DNA of 64,000 nt, from the NCBI GenBank assembly GCA_024704765.1, contig JAKMXF010000199.1, positions 310,001 to 374,000 of the forward strand, in the 5' to 3' direction. Source of the stretch: Oopsacas minuta (taxonomy: Eukaryota; Animalia; Porifera). The notes beneath the pieces were generated by a model that was not told where the DNA came from, searched no databases, and saw nothing but the letters and a program-made list of their open reading frames with translations. The position numbers and the translations under genes are program-made. Positions 12,840-24,351 of the stretch are shown here, piece by piece (the first letter of the stretch is position 1; the number at the start of each line of letters is the position of its first letter).

Positions 12840-13973
12840 TATTCAATTTCAGAATTTTATCAATTGATATCTGGATGTTTATATATATATATATATAATA
12901 TATGATTTTCCTGATGATAATGTTGTCACGTTACTGAGTTCTATTGAGTACCATGGATTGCACATATTATAGGCAATATCCACTTATAACTCGATAGCGA
13001 TAGATTTATGGTTACATCACTCTAGCCAATATGTACTAAATACCCAACTTTCCATACCCTTGTAATATTTTTCATACGATATCTTGAAGCACTTTTACGT
13101 AATCTTGATAATGACCTAACTTGGGCATATTCACGATTGCGTCACCCCGGTTTAAGATTTTGTATCAAAATGAATTATTGGCTTATGGGAAGTTGCATAT
13201 TTAGTACATATTCGTGGGACTAATTTGATAAAAACTCTAGCGACTATCGAGCTATAAGGCGACTTGCTACAATATGCCATTCTTCGAGTCCTTGTTGATC
13301 ATTAATGATTGCGTATTTCATTCAAGGTGATACATGAATGATTTATAGATACTCTTATAAGATTATACAAATTTGTAATACAAAAGTTGGCTCATTCTTG
13401 AGTTAAGGGAGAGACCAGTGATGTCACATTGTTTTGAATATCGAATTATACCTGGGTAATTGTTCACATTATGCCTAATACATTTAACCACTGTATAGCA
13501 TATTCCTGACTTCCCACCCCTGATACTATACTTTGATATGATATCTCTGAAGGTTATTGCGTAATGTCAAAAATGCCCATATTTTTGGCATATTTCCAAT
13601 AATATCATATTGGTAAGAGTTACCATGTTAAAATACATTACTAGTGTATGGAAGTCGGCTATTTACTCTAAAGTAGCTCTACTGATTAGTTCAAAATATG
13701 AATACTCACAGTACAAAATGGATATAGTGCTAATGGATGTAATGATTTTATTGTTCGTTGATTCTTCTCCCCGTTTTCAGTGTACTCATACAAAATTTAT
13801 TAGATGTAGTGATATTTTAGCCCATATCCGTGCCCAGCATTATCACTATATCTATTATAAATTGTATCGAGTTATACCGCGATGGTCATAAAATTTGTCA
13901 TCCCTGGTCTCTTCTATAACTCAATAACGAACCAACTTTAGTATTACAATATTTGATACTATAACAGTATCTA

Positions 13974-14138
13974 CAGTAGAGTTTCCGAATAACGGACACG
14001 TTGGTACATCGTTTCTATTCGTTTTAAGGAGTGTCCGCTTCGAAGACTGCTAAAGTATTACATATATGATTGCTAATTCATTCAGTTCCAGGAGGTTTGT
14101 CCGTTGTAGAGAATTGCCGCTTTTGGGGGATTCTACTA
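13974..14138. mobile_element. Degenerate pogo/Tigger-type MITE
   Basis: TA-flanked ends cagtagag / ttctacta; internal aacggac / gtccgtt inverted motif. Confidence 0.55.
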
Positions 14139-15479
14139 TATAGCTCTTTCTATGTATTCAACCTGAAACGAAATGTGCAGTAGTTAACGTCTAAAGGATT
14201 CAGAAAATGGTATATTTTCGCTAGTAAATGCTTACTAGATACATTTTGTACATTCTTTAGTCTTTAATAGTTAATTGTAGTTGTTCTACGATATCCAGTT
14301 GCTTTATTCTGACAAAATACACCCTTTTTTCTTCTTCTAAATTTGTTGAATTAGTCTTTGATTGCAGTTAGCAAGGCAACTGTTAATGGGAACATGTTTC
14401 ATCTCCAGATCAGACACTTTAGCATGCTGGTGGCCTGCTCATTATGACTATCTCATTATTTTGTGACTTAACAGCTGAAAATTGGTTAATATATAAATAA
14501 TATCTGAATGACAAAAGTAAAATTGGATAAGAAAATAGGGTAGAAGAAGACCAGGTCACCTCTATTACACTATTACCTAGTTAATACCTTGTATTGCTTC
14601 ACATGAATATAATGCTGAATAATGAGAAAAATGATTATAATGGCAATACTCATGCGGTAGCTAAATTAAAGTTTTTGGTCCTTTACGCGACGGAATATAC
14701 ATAACACTTCGTGCCTCAAGGTTAAGTTTTTGCGAAAATTGGATTTAATGGCGTCCTGTGGGTAACACCGGAGCTATACGTTGCTCTTGATTAGTAATCT
14801 GTGCACTTCGTCTCTAGAGTATTATAAAATGCTAAAATTTGACATTTCATGATCACTTTATCGGCAGACTGACATTTGTCCATCTACCATGCAGTGGCGG
14901 ATCCAGAGGATAGGGGAATGTATACCCTCCACCAGAATAAATTTACATGATGTGGAAACACACTTTTTGGAAATCATGCAGATACCCAAATATTGGCTCA
15001 ATTTGCTACCGTAAATTTCTGCTCCCTTCGCTCGTATATATCATCTTAACTTAATTATCATATCCCATCAGGCTCGAAAACGATTTCATTACCAGGTCAG
15101 GAATCCCCAATGCTGGTTGCAGGGAATCTTGGTGGAAATAACCGTCCAGCTGGAGTTCTGGGGCATTATAATTTTCCTAGTTTGGTCTATGGATGCATGG
15201 TACCACAATAATTACTATTCAATTTTGAATCTTTGAATGATTTCTCATAATTATCCTTTTATTTTGGTATTTCTCCGATTCACTATGTACTTTGTACATA
15301 TGAATGCTGTATTCTTATGCTCAGGGTTATGATATAAAAATGTTGTTGTGTTGCTAATTCTACAAGCTCAGGCTATTGACCCACAACAATCCAGGAAAAC
15401 TCGATTCTTTTCTCATCTTTGTTTCCGGCTTTTCAGATAAAGTTGGTCGGGTACACTTTTCGCACTTTCCCTTTGAGAT

Positions 15480-16000
15480 TTGTAGTCTTGAAGTAGTATA
15501 AATTCCAAAATGCTATATTTTGGGAACTAAACATTGGAGCGAGGCTGAAACACACTCCCCAGGCTTTATCTTTACTTCTTGACTTACTTTGTACATATCA
15601 TGGCTTTGAATACTTGTTGACCTCTAAAATTCAAAATGATCTTTGGGAATACCATATTGGTCAGTATCGACAGGTGTCTGGTTCCCACTATCAATTATCT
15701 TATTGCCAAATCTTAGGGTCTGAGCGTAGACAGGTTTCTAGCCTGCTCAAATTATCTGGGACTAAGACACAATCTGGCTCATGTGAAAAACAAACACTAA
15801 TGAATTACCTGTGTAAATTTGGTAATTATGGTGAGAATGAGGACTGTAATATTTCTTTAGAACTCACGATCCCTCAGAATTGCCTATTTCCCAAATTATT
15901 GCCCTTGTATTTGTCCCTGGTGATATACCGTAATTTCATATCTTAAGAAGTCGAATGGTTGTCATATATAGAAATCTTTCTTAACATTCGAGTTATTGAT
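15480..16000 (+). pseudogene. P-element/THAP9-like transposase C-terminal remnant
   Basis: GFEYLLTSKIQNDLWEYHIGQYRQVSGSHYQLSYCQILGSERR resembles the P-superfamily motif around the last catalytic Glu (YxLTxxxQxDxLExxFGxYRQxxG). Boundaries approximate. Confidence 0.55.
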
Positions 16001-16501
16001 GACTTGGGAGGTGAAATTTGGATAGTTATTGGATAGAGGTTCTCCAATATATCCGTCTATTCAAGTCATTGAAATTACAAAGATTATACCAGAGGTATTT
16101 TGGAAAATTTAAAATAATAGAAGCTAAATCAAAATTTTATTATGGTTCATTCCGATAGACCAGGGATTCTGCAGTAATTGAAGGCCCGAAATTATCAGCT
16201 CACGACGAGATCGTGAGATTGAGAGCCAAGTTTGGATACTACTAACCAAGTGCCAGATATCCTCACTAATGTCGAAGTAGAACAAATCTATCATATTTTT
16301 AGGGTTCAAATTGAAAATCGAGAAATCAGCTGCTTTCAGTTGAGACGTGTACAATGTATTATCACTGTATACCAATCGACCCTAAAGAACATATTAGATA
16401 ACTTATATCATAGATGCGTAAAGGATTTGGTTTCAGGTCCATATATTTCTACAAATGGGATCAGCTCAATGTTTTCATACGCCATGTATATTTTAGGCAC
16501 A

Positions 16502-16585
16502 AAGTAGAACTCTGTTAAGATGTACCTCGGTTATTAAGTACTCTTTTTGTTTCCCAAGCGAGTACATCTTAACCGAGTTCTACTG
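16502..16585. mobile_element. 84-bp micro-MITE
   Basis: 24-bp inverted ends aagtagaactctgttaagatgtac / gtacatcttaaccgagttctactg, of the pogo-type cagtag class. Confidence 0.7.
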
Positions 16586-17601
16586 AACATGAAAATATTG
16601 AGGATGCTATTTTAGGTGTATGGCCCAAGGAACCAGGATGAAATCCTGGTGATACAAGAATCTTATAATTTGGCATTGAAGCAAACAGTCTGAAACAGTG
16701 CAACATTTTCCTTTTTAGCAATTCTCTAAATTCTGCTTAATTACTGATCTCATTAATAATAGTGAATACTACAAATATTACGTTGGTCGAAAAGTAAAGT
16801 TAGATACATAGCAAATATTAGTGCAATTATCAGCGGTCATATCAGATAAATTTGGCTACAACAGTGGGTACAGACTAGATGAAAGAAGGTCCTGATCGGG
16901 ACCTGGTCCGCCAGTTGGGCATCACTTCTTTATATATATATCGTTCATATGGCTTCCTATTTGGTTATCATCGCCAGAAATCACATTTGGATTTCTAGTT
17001 AACTCCGATGTAGATTCGAGATAATACTCCTATCATGTTTATATCAACGTATATTAAATCTACCTTAAAGCACCTATTTGACAGCGTATATCATGTATAT
17101 GGCTTCACAATTTGTCATTTTAGATATTTGACCGATTAATACAAAACTTACACAGATGCTTTGACTAGTTGCTATCTTGCTTACACGCCAACTGTTAGAC
17201 ATATCGGTTGCGGTTGGTGAAATGACTGGATGATTTGACATAGAATTTCCCATATAATAAATTTCCTTGACTAATGGCCCGGAGCTTATTTTCTCGCCGA
17301 AGAGAATACCCGGCGGTTTAGCAAACCACCGCATATTTTTGATCCCCGATCATATTAGGAATAAGCGATATGAGAAACACAGATTTAATTCATCTGAGAA
17401 GATTTAAATCATTTTCTAACAAAGAACGCGACCGTAAATACGTATATAGCAGTCAAATTTACGTAGTCTACGTGACCATACTTTACTTTGGAATTATATC
17501 AGTCAAAATATGTTAGTAATTTGCATTGATTTGCTTTCCTTTATTCAATGGAACTATCCATTGGTTAGCATCCTATCTAAGTCTATATGTAAATGTTTAT
17601 C

Positions 17602-18113
17602 CACTGGCGTAAACTTCGTCTAAACACACAGGGTGCCACAACACTTTGTTCATTCTCTAGTTATATTTTTCTGAATAAATGACAAGAAACAACATCCTGG
17701 CCAACCTCCTCCAGATTTAGCAACCCTGCATAGGATTTATTTGACTCTTCCATCTACCTCTTGTGAAGCCGAAAGAATTTTTTCTGTGCTCCTACGCCTG
17801 AAAAAGTATATGAGGACGACGATGAGTCAAAACAGACTGAACCATTTGTGCATATTGTCTGTGTACAAGAATATCGTCGATACACTTGACTAATCATAGG
17901 TTGTTGATGAATTCATAATGAGGAATGAGCAACGCCAGGCAAGATTTGATCTTGGGATGACAACAAACACTAAAACTAGGAAACCTTGTCTAAATTTTTT
18001 GTTAAGAGAAAATTTTTTCGCTCGCCACCTGCTAAATTGAGTTTGTGGGGTTAGCTCGGTTTAGATTGCCAAGGGTGCTCTGTACCGCCACACACCCCAA
18101 GTTTACGCCCCTG
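17602..18113 (+). mobile_element. 512-bp internally deleted hAT (ZMYM1-like lineage) keeping only the dimerisation-domain coding segment
   Basis: TIRs cactggcgtaaact / agtttacgcccctg; 8-bp TSD tgtttatc / tatttatc (7 of 8). Internal frame PDLATLHRIYLTLPSTSCEAERIFSVLLRLKKYMRTTMSQNRLNHL. Confidence 0.85.
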
Positions 18114-18331
18114 TATTTATCTGAATATTTTGTGATATAAGCTCCGGAAGCTAGAAAATTCAAGCTTCGCCCAACTATTTAATGTAAACTACGCAAACAA
18201 ACTTCCATTTTGTAAGCCACTGCTAAATATACCACTTTTATAATTTCCTTGAACAAGAGTAGAATATAAATAGAGTCAATACAAACAGAAGAGAAATGGC
18301 TGCACCATGATAAAAGTACAAACAACAATGG

Positions 18332-21300
18332 TCATTTTCCAGATATATTAAGAATTTCTTTGATGAAAATTACAGAAGAGCTTTCAGCGCTAAAATCGTT
18401 ATTCATTATGTTTTCGTCCATTGGGCAAAAATGACTGTCTTCACCAAGTATTGAGTTAGTTGTAGGAATTAAGTCAATAATATCATTATCTGAATCTGAG
18501 AGTTCTAATTTTGGCGAATCCAAAATTGTTATAATGGGATCCTGCGAACTATAACTAGATATATTTAACTCATTAGCTGAAGAAGATTCAATCGTTTTCG
18601 GGGAGAAAAGTACAGATTGTTGTTGAAGCTCAGGAGAATACATTAGGTTTACACTTGTGGGGGTTGAAATTGGAGTAAATTTATGTTGGGGTGGTTGTTC
18701 ATTACTCCAATCCTCTACTGAATCAGTTATAGAAATAGGGGATGTACTTTGAAAATTCGGCGAAATTTGATTAAGACCCATGGCTTCGAAAGGTGTTGAA
18801 GAGAATTCATATGGAGGTCTAAGTGATCTCTCTGAAAAATGTAACATTCCGTCTTCCAACTGATGTAATTCCAAATTGTTAGAATAATCATATGGTTCAT
18901 GATGCAACGCCTGAGCATGTATATCATTTAATTCCCTTGAGGTTACTTCTCTTTGTCGGCATATCATCTTCTCATTAGTGTATATCTCGCTAGCTTCTTT
19001 CTGTTCACTCTCGTTAAGGTGATCGCCAAAACTATCAGTAAAGAATGATTCATGAAGTAAGGGAGCTCGAGTTAACACATTTAGTCTTTTCAAACATAAA
19101 TTTTTGATGATTGGGTCAGAATACTCTTCAGAAAAAAGATATAGATTATCGATAGGGTCTACATGATCGACTGGGGATGTAATAGCTGAGAAGATATCTT
19201 CTTTTGTTACTATACGTTCTGGGCGAAGCTGATCAACAACTCGGTCGGAAGTGGATATCTTTGAAATTTGACGTTTGTACATTTTGGATTCGAAAGTACC
19301 GTCTGCAATTAACCTGTAGACGAAGCACTTACGAATCTGACCATATCGATACGAACGGCAAACAGCCTGTGCATCATGACAAGGATTCCAAGAAACATCT
19401 AGAATTATAATCCTAGAAGCAGCTATTAAATTGATCCCTAAGCTACCAGCTCTAGTGGATATCAAAAATAATTTAACCTGGTGTTGATCCGGATCATTAA
19501 AATTTGAAACCATATTATACCTATCCAGACTATTACTAGAGCCATCCAACCTGAAATAGTTATAATTTAGTCTCCATAACTGATGGCTATAAGAAATATT
19601 TTCCAATCCATGAGTATTTAAATTAGAGAATTGATTCGGAACGAAGGATTTTTGTAGAAATCTTTCAAGTAAGTTTAGAGTGGGAATGCTCTGGCTAAAT
19701 ACTAAGATCTTCTCTCCAATAGAAACGCTTGCTTCAAGGATTTCAAACAGTATTAGAAATTTTGGGCCATTTTCTAATAACTCTGGTTCATAGCCCTTGA
19801 AACAATTCCTGATAACTTGAGGGTCAGATACGAGGTTATAGAATTCATTGCAGGTTGCTCTTCGTGTAGGAAATTCTCCTTCTTCATCTTCAACAAGGGA
19901 ACGACTGAGATCAGGTGCAGAACAACATCGTTTTGTAATCCGATACAAAATTTCTGGGTGATTCCATATTTTACAACAAATTGCAAAGGCTAAAAGTGGA
20001 TTGATAGATGAATTGGCTGAACGTTCCTCTCTGAGATCATTCACAATTATATCATATAACTGTGATTGATATCGACTGAGGCAAGTAAATAAAACATACT
20101 CCAGTTTTGGAGGAAGGCTTTGTGCAAGGATTTCTTCACTCTTTCTCTGAATAATTTCTGACAGCATATGATGTAGAACATGGGTACGCTGAAGCATAAT
20201 ACGTACATCTTCAGGCATACTGTTCTGACACTGACCATTTTCAATTGGCCGCAGGAATATATTTCTAAATTCCTTTTTGCTTCCAAGATAGTTTGGTCTG
20301 ACAAAGTCAATCATGCACCAGTATTCAAGAAGATTATTTTGCAATGGATAACCAGTGAGCATTATCCTACGTCTAGTTCGAATAGATTTAATTGCATGAC
20401 ATATGGCAGCTTCTTCATTTTTGATGCGATGACCCTCATCACATATGACTAGGTCAGGCCCTGGGTCACAAAGAATTTCAAACACCTCCTGAGCCTGTGG
20501 ATTGAACTTTTTAAATTTTTTTTTCGCTTTTCCTTGTAGATCAAGATGCAAACTCACAAGAGTTCTAAATAGCTCGTAGCCTATTATTAAAACGCCAGCG
20601 TCTGATTTCCAGCGATTTAGCACATTGAATCTTTGTTTAAAAGTCCTCTCTTGTTCTGTAATACAAAATACTTCAAAAGGCCTTGTGTACTCGGTCTGCA
20701 AAAAGCCTAGAACCATTCCTAGTCGATTCCTTGGTGGAAGCCACTTGTCGAATTCACTACTCCAATTATGCAAAGTATTGACTGGTACCACGACGAGGGC
20801 ATGAGTGGATTCTGTACAACGGAAAAATATTTCGATGAAGGAAATTGATTGGAATGTTTTCCCTAAGCCCATGCTATGTGCCAAGATGCACCCAAATCCA
20901 CCATTTTTTCTGTCAAAAGAGCTAGGGTCGTCTATAATATTATGATACAGAAATTTTAAGCCTTCGACCTGATGTGGTTTAGCGGCTTTGGCAAGATGAG
21001 GAAGAATGTTAAGATCAGCAGAAACAGAAAATATTTCAGAGTTAGATTTTTGGTGTATACGAGTGGAATTAACACGAGAGAATATATCAATTACATCTTC
21101 AGTGGGTTTTTGGACATAACTTGATAAGTGTGTGTTGCAACCTATAGTAAATCGGTCTATACAACCATTTTCCGAATTTTCAGAAATATGAATATTTCTA
21201 TCAGATTCTTCTTGTTCAGCAGTAGTGAAATTAGGAGCACAAATTGGGTAAATTGGGCCAGATACATGACTGATAGAAATTTCATCATCAGAAAAAGTAT

Positions 21301-21625
21301 CAAGGGTATTATCATCAATCAAAATCGATAAAGAGACGTCAGTCTTTAATAAATTGTCATCAGATTTTAAGTCACGATTGAGTGATTTACTAGGGGAAGA
21401 AATAGATGTCTGATTTACTGGAGCTTCAAAATGATCAATTGAAATAGTATCATAATCTAAAAAGCTTGCATCATTGCTGTCTAGCATTGCATTTTCAACT
21501 GGGGTTGAAACTACACATGAGTGAAAAGATGATATAGAAGATGTGGCTGTGGGCTGAAGGTTGTCTTTCAATGGCTGACGTCGAGACTCAACTTCTTTGA
21601 CTAAGTCAAATGTAATAGAATTCAT
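18332..21625 (-). CDS. RAD54L2: SNF2-family helicase ARIP4 (RAD54-like 2), single uninterrupted ORF of about 1097 aa
   Basis: Motifs GCILAHSMGLGKT, GPDLVICDEGHRIKN, LTGYPLQNNLLEYWCM, AICCKIWNHP, RLDGS, ISTRAGSLGINL and WNPCHDAQAVCRSYRYGQ. TGYPLQNN, CCKIWNHP and PCHDAQAVCR fit ARIP4 better than ATRX. First ATG is at 21625 (the track starts at a TTG); an upstream exon is not excluded. Confidence 0.9.
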   Translation of the reverse strand: MNSITFDLVKEVESRRQPLKDNLQPTATSSISSFHSCVVSTPVENAMLDSNDASFLDYDTISIDHFEAPVNQTSISSPSKSLNRDLKSDDNLLKTDVSLSILIDDNTLDTFSDDEISISHVSGPIYPICAPNFTTAEQEESDRNIHISENSENGCIDRFTIGCNTHLSSYVQKPTEDVIDIFSRVNSTRIHQKSNSEIFSVSADLNILPHLAKAAKPHQVEGLKFLYHNIIDDPSSFDRKNGGFGCILAHSMGLGKTFQSISFIEIFFRCTESTHALVVVPVNTLHNWSSEFDKWLPPRNRLGMVLGFLQTEYTRPFEVFCITEQERTFKQRFNVLNRWKSDAGVLIIGYELFRTLVSLHLDLQGKAKKKFKKFNPQAQEVFEILCDPGPDLVICDEGHRIKNEEAAICHAIKSIRTRRRIMLTGYPLQNNLLEYWCMIDFVRPNYLGSKKEFRNIFLRPIENGQCQNSMPEDVRIMLQRTHVLHHMLSEIIQRKSEEILAQSLPPKLEYVLFTCLSRYQSQLYDIIVNDLREERSANSSINPLLAFAICCKIWNHPEILYRITKRCCSAPDLSRSLVEDEEGEFPTRRATCNEFYNLVSDPQVIRNCFKGYEPELLENGPKFLILFEILEASVSIGEKILVFSQSIPTLNLLERFLQKSFVPNQFSNLNTHGLENISYSHQLWRLNYNYFRLDGSSNSLDRYNMVSNFNDPDQHQVKLFLISTRAGSLGINLIAASRIIILDVSWNPCHDAQAVCRSYRYGQIRKCFVYRLIADGTFESKMYKRQISKISTSDRVVDQLRPERIVTKEDIFSAITSPVDHVDPIDNLYLFSEEYSDPIIKNLCLKRLNVLTRAPLLHESFFTDSFGDHLNESEQKEASEIYTNEKMICRQREVTSRELNDIHAQALHHEPYDYSNNLELHQLEDGMLHFSERSLRPPYEFSSTPFEAMGLNQISPNFQSTSPISITDSVEDWSNEQPPQHKFTPISTPTSVNLMYSPELQQQSVLFSPKTIESSSANELNISSYSSQDPIITILDSPKLELSDSDNDIIDLIPTTNSILGEDSHFCPMDENIMNNDFSAESSSVIFIKEILNISGK

Positions 21626-23743
21626 CAATGAATCAGAAAATTTAATAGGATATTATTCCTGTTGGGAATACCAAATCTAAGGAATGAAACAAAAAATAAA
21701 ACGATGAATAAATGATGAGAATTATTTCATATTAATACACAGTTAGTTAATAAACCAGGGTTGGGCTGTCAACGATTATTAGACTAATTTCTCTACCCGG
21801 GCAAAATTTTATATTCCAGCAATTCTAGCAATTGTCACTATATTTATGTCTATATATTTAAGAAAAATTTCAGATTTTTCAATCTACTAACTGGAAAAAT
21901 TATACAAGAGGGTATGAAGTCATGTTCCAGAGGATAATTTTCAAATGGGATAAAGAATCATAACGAAATTACCAGTAATCAGTGAGGCATTGAATGTCAA
22001 TTCACCGAGCCAAAAATATTACTCTCTCAGGATGATATAAATTTTGTATAATACAACCGCAATATTTGATAAATATCCTGAAATTTTGAGACTTAAACAC
22101 TTCATGAGGCTAAATAATGTCACTTTTATATCATCCCGGTTTTTGAAAAATTTCAGATCTTGACAAGATTGCGGTCAATTACAAATATATTCGTGTAATT
22201 GGTAACTTACAATTATGCTGTAATTGTAATGTAATTCTAACTGAAAATTTTATAGAGTATATAATTGAAATTAATAGTAATTGAAATTTATTTTAGTGTA
22301 ATTGTTCAATCAAGTTCAAATAGATTTTAGTTTTTCATGGGTGTGAATACGAAATAATTGAACAGCTCATTTCAGGAGTAGCCACTATGCTAATTAGTGT
22401 GTCAACAAAAAACGCATCAATTGTGAATTAATAAATTAATTCTTAAATTTGACAGAGAAGCCAAATATACTAGTAGTCCTAGTCAAAATGACTGTATATA
22501 GTACATATCAGAACTTTCAATTTGTTATAGTAGCAATTTGCAACGTTATATTCACATTTAATATACCCATCAATGCCCCTTCAAATATTTGATCACTTTG
22601 ATCCACCTACAAATCCCACTAGGGGTCAATTTAAACTTACATGCAAATACTGGAATAAATAGGTATCTGAATCTTATGCAGCAACCTCCAATTATCATAC
22701 TCACATGAATGTAAGTTCTAAAATATTAAGATTTTCACTATTGAAAGGTTGAATTACTCATTTTTCTACTCCTAGAGGCATCATCCAGAAGCTAACATAA
22801 AACCAGACGGGTTCACCATGCAATCAGTGTTCGGAAAAAACCACCCTTTTCTATAAAAGACCGGGGTAGGTAGGAAAAACCGGTCTTTTCTGCTGATTAG
22901 GTAAAATTTGGGCTAGGTGTAATTATTATGTATCAGTAAATTTAGGATGCTATTTCTTCACCTTTTAAATCAATTCATGAAATTCTTGATAGATTGATTA
23001 GTTGATGTGATATTCCCTTTCATGATATCTTATCTAAACAAACATGTCAGTTCATTAAGTTGATATTCCACAAACCTCTGTATAATATTAGGAACCCAGT
23101 ATAAAAGGATTATAGTCCGAAATTTCAACAACAAGAGGTAATAAAAGAGTAGAATCTCTTTAGAAAATCAGTCTCTTACATGTTACCAATGGGTCAGGTG
23201 TAAAGTCACATATGGTGATAATGGTCATAAGTGTTTTTTCCCAAAATTTCAGGGTGGTCTTTTGCGACAAAAGCTGGTATTAATAAATTTATTTCTGTTA
23301 CATCAGACTCATGGTGTGTAAAAGAACTTAGGCAAATAGAACTTACAAACAGTGACGTATACTTTATTGCGGGCTCACTACAACCACTTTCCAGAGTTGA
23401 TGATCTTAATTTCGTGCACTTTTGCATAATCTCAACCAGCCTACACCTTACCTAGCCGAAAACATCTTGGTACCAAACTTCTACCTGAGAGTTCAGCCCA
23501 ATTTCATCCCAATATTCTTACATGTCTCGATGCAGTTGATGTTATATGTTTGACATTGGACCTTTGGTCGAGTAGAGATATGAGAAGTTATGTCGGCATA
23601 ACAGGACATTGTATTGAAGATTTCAAACTTAAGAGTGTCATGTTAGCTTACTGTAGCTTTGAAGGCCCTCATACTGCTGAAAACATGCTTCTAAACTACC
23701 AAGTCACTTGTAGTTTCAATATTGAGCCAAAGATAACTACGAT

Positions 23744-24156
23744 CAACGGCAGATTCGTGGGGGGCCAATTGCCTCCCAGTTTTCAACATTAGAATTACTG
23801 AAATTAATTAGTAAACAAGAAAGAGTATAATTTTTTCGAAATTCTAGAAGGATGAAGGCGTATTAGCTATCATGGAATCACGCGCTTCTTCTGCATCATC
23901 CAGGCTTGTAACACATTATCTAAATTGATTGCTTTCGCATTTTCTCTATTCAAGGAAATTGTCATCAAATCACTTGCTCTAGTGCTATCAAGACTAGATC
24001 TAGCCCAACTTAATATTCTCTTCATAGCACGAATTGCTGGGATACCCAACGAATTGTAGTTCTAAGATGTGTACTGTGTAGTATTCTATAATGAAATCAA
24101 AAACTAGCTCTGATAAGTTCAATTTTGCCCCGAAATTTTTAAAGAATCCGCCACTG
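23744..24156. mobile_element. 413-bp hAT-type MITE inside the host hAT ORF
   Basis: TIRs caacggcagattc / gaatccgccactg; exact 8-bp TSD actacgat. Removing it restores KITTITTDNAAN. Confidence 0.85.
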
Positions 24157-24351
24157 ACTACGATAACCACTGACAATGCTGCAAATATGAGCAAGGCATT
24201 TGTAGCTCTTCATGGATGTAGTTGATAACGTAAGTGACAGTGACAGTGATGACGAGGACGATTAAATGGAATATATTTCTGAGTCTTACATTCTAGATTC
24301 CCTCCCTGAACATGTTCCTTGCTTGGCACATACTCTTCAATTAGTAGTTAA

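Noticed and set aside
12880-12900. Short (TA)n runs here and near 41140 and 58062
   Set aside because: Ordinary microsatellites in an AT-rich genome.
18727-21331. Several short ORFs overlapping RAD54L2
   Set aside because: Alternative-frame or antisense shadows of the long helicase ORF.
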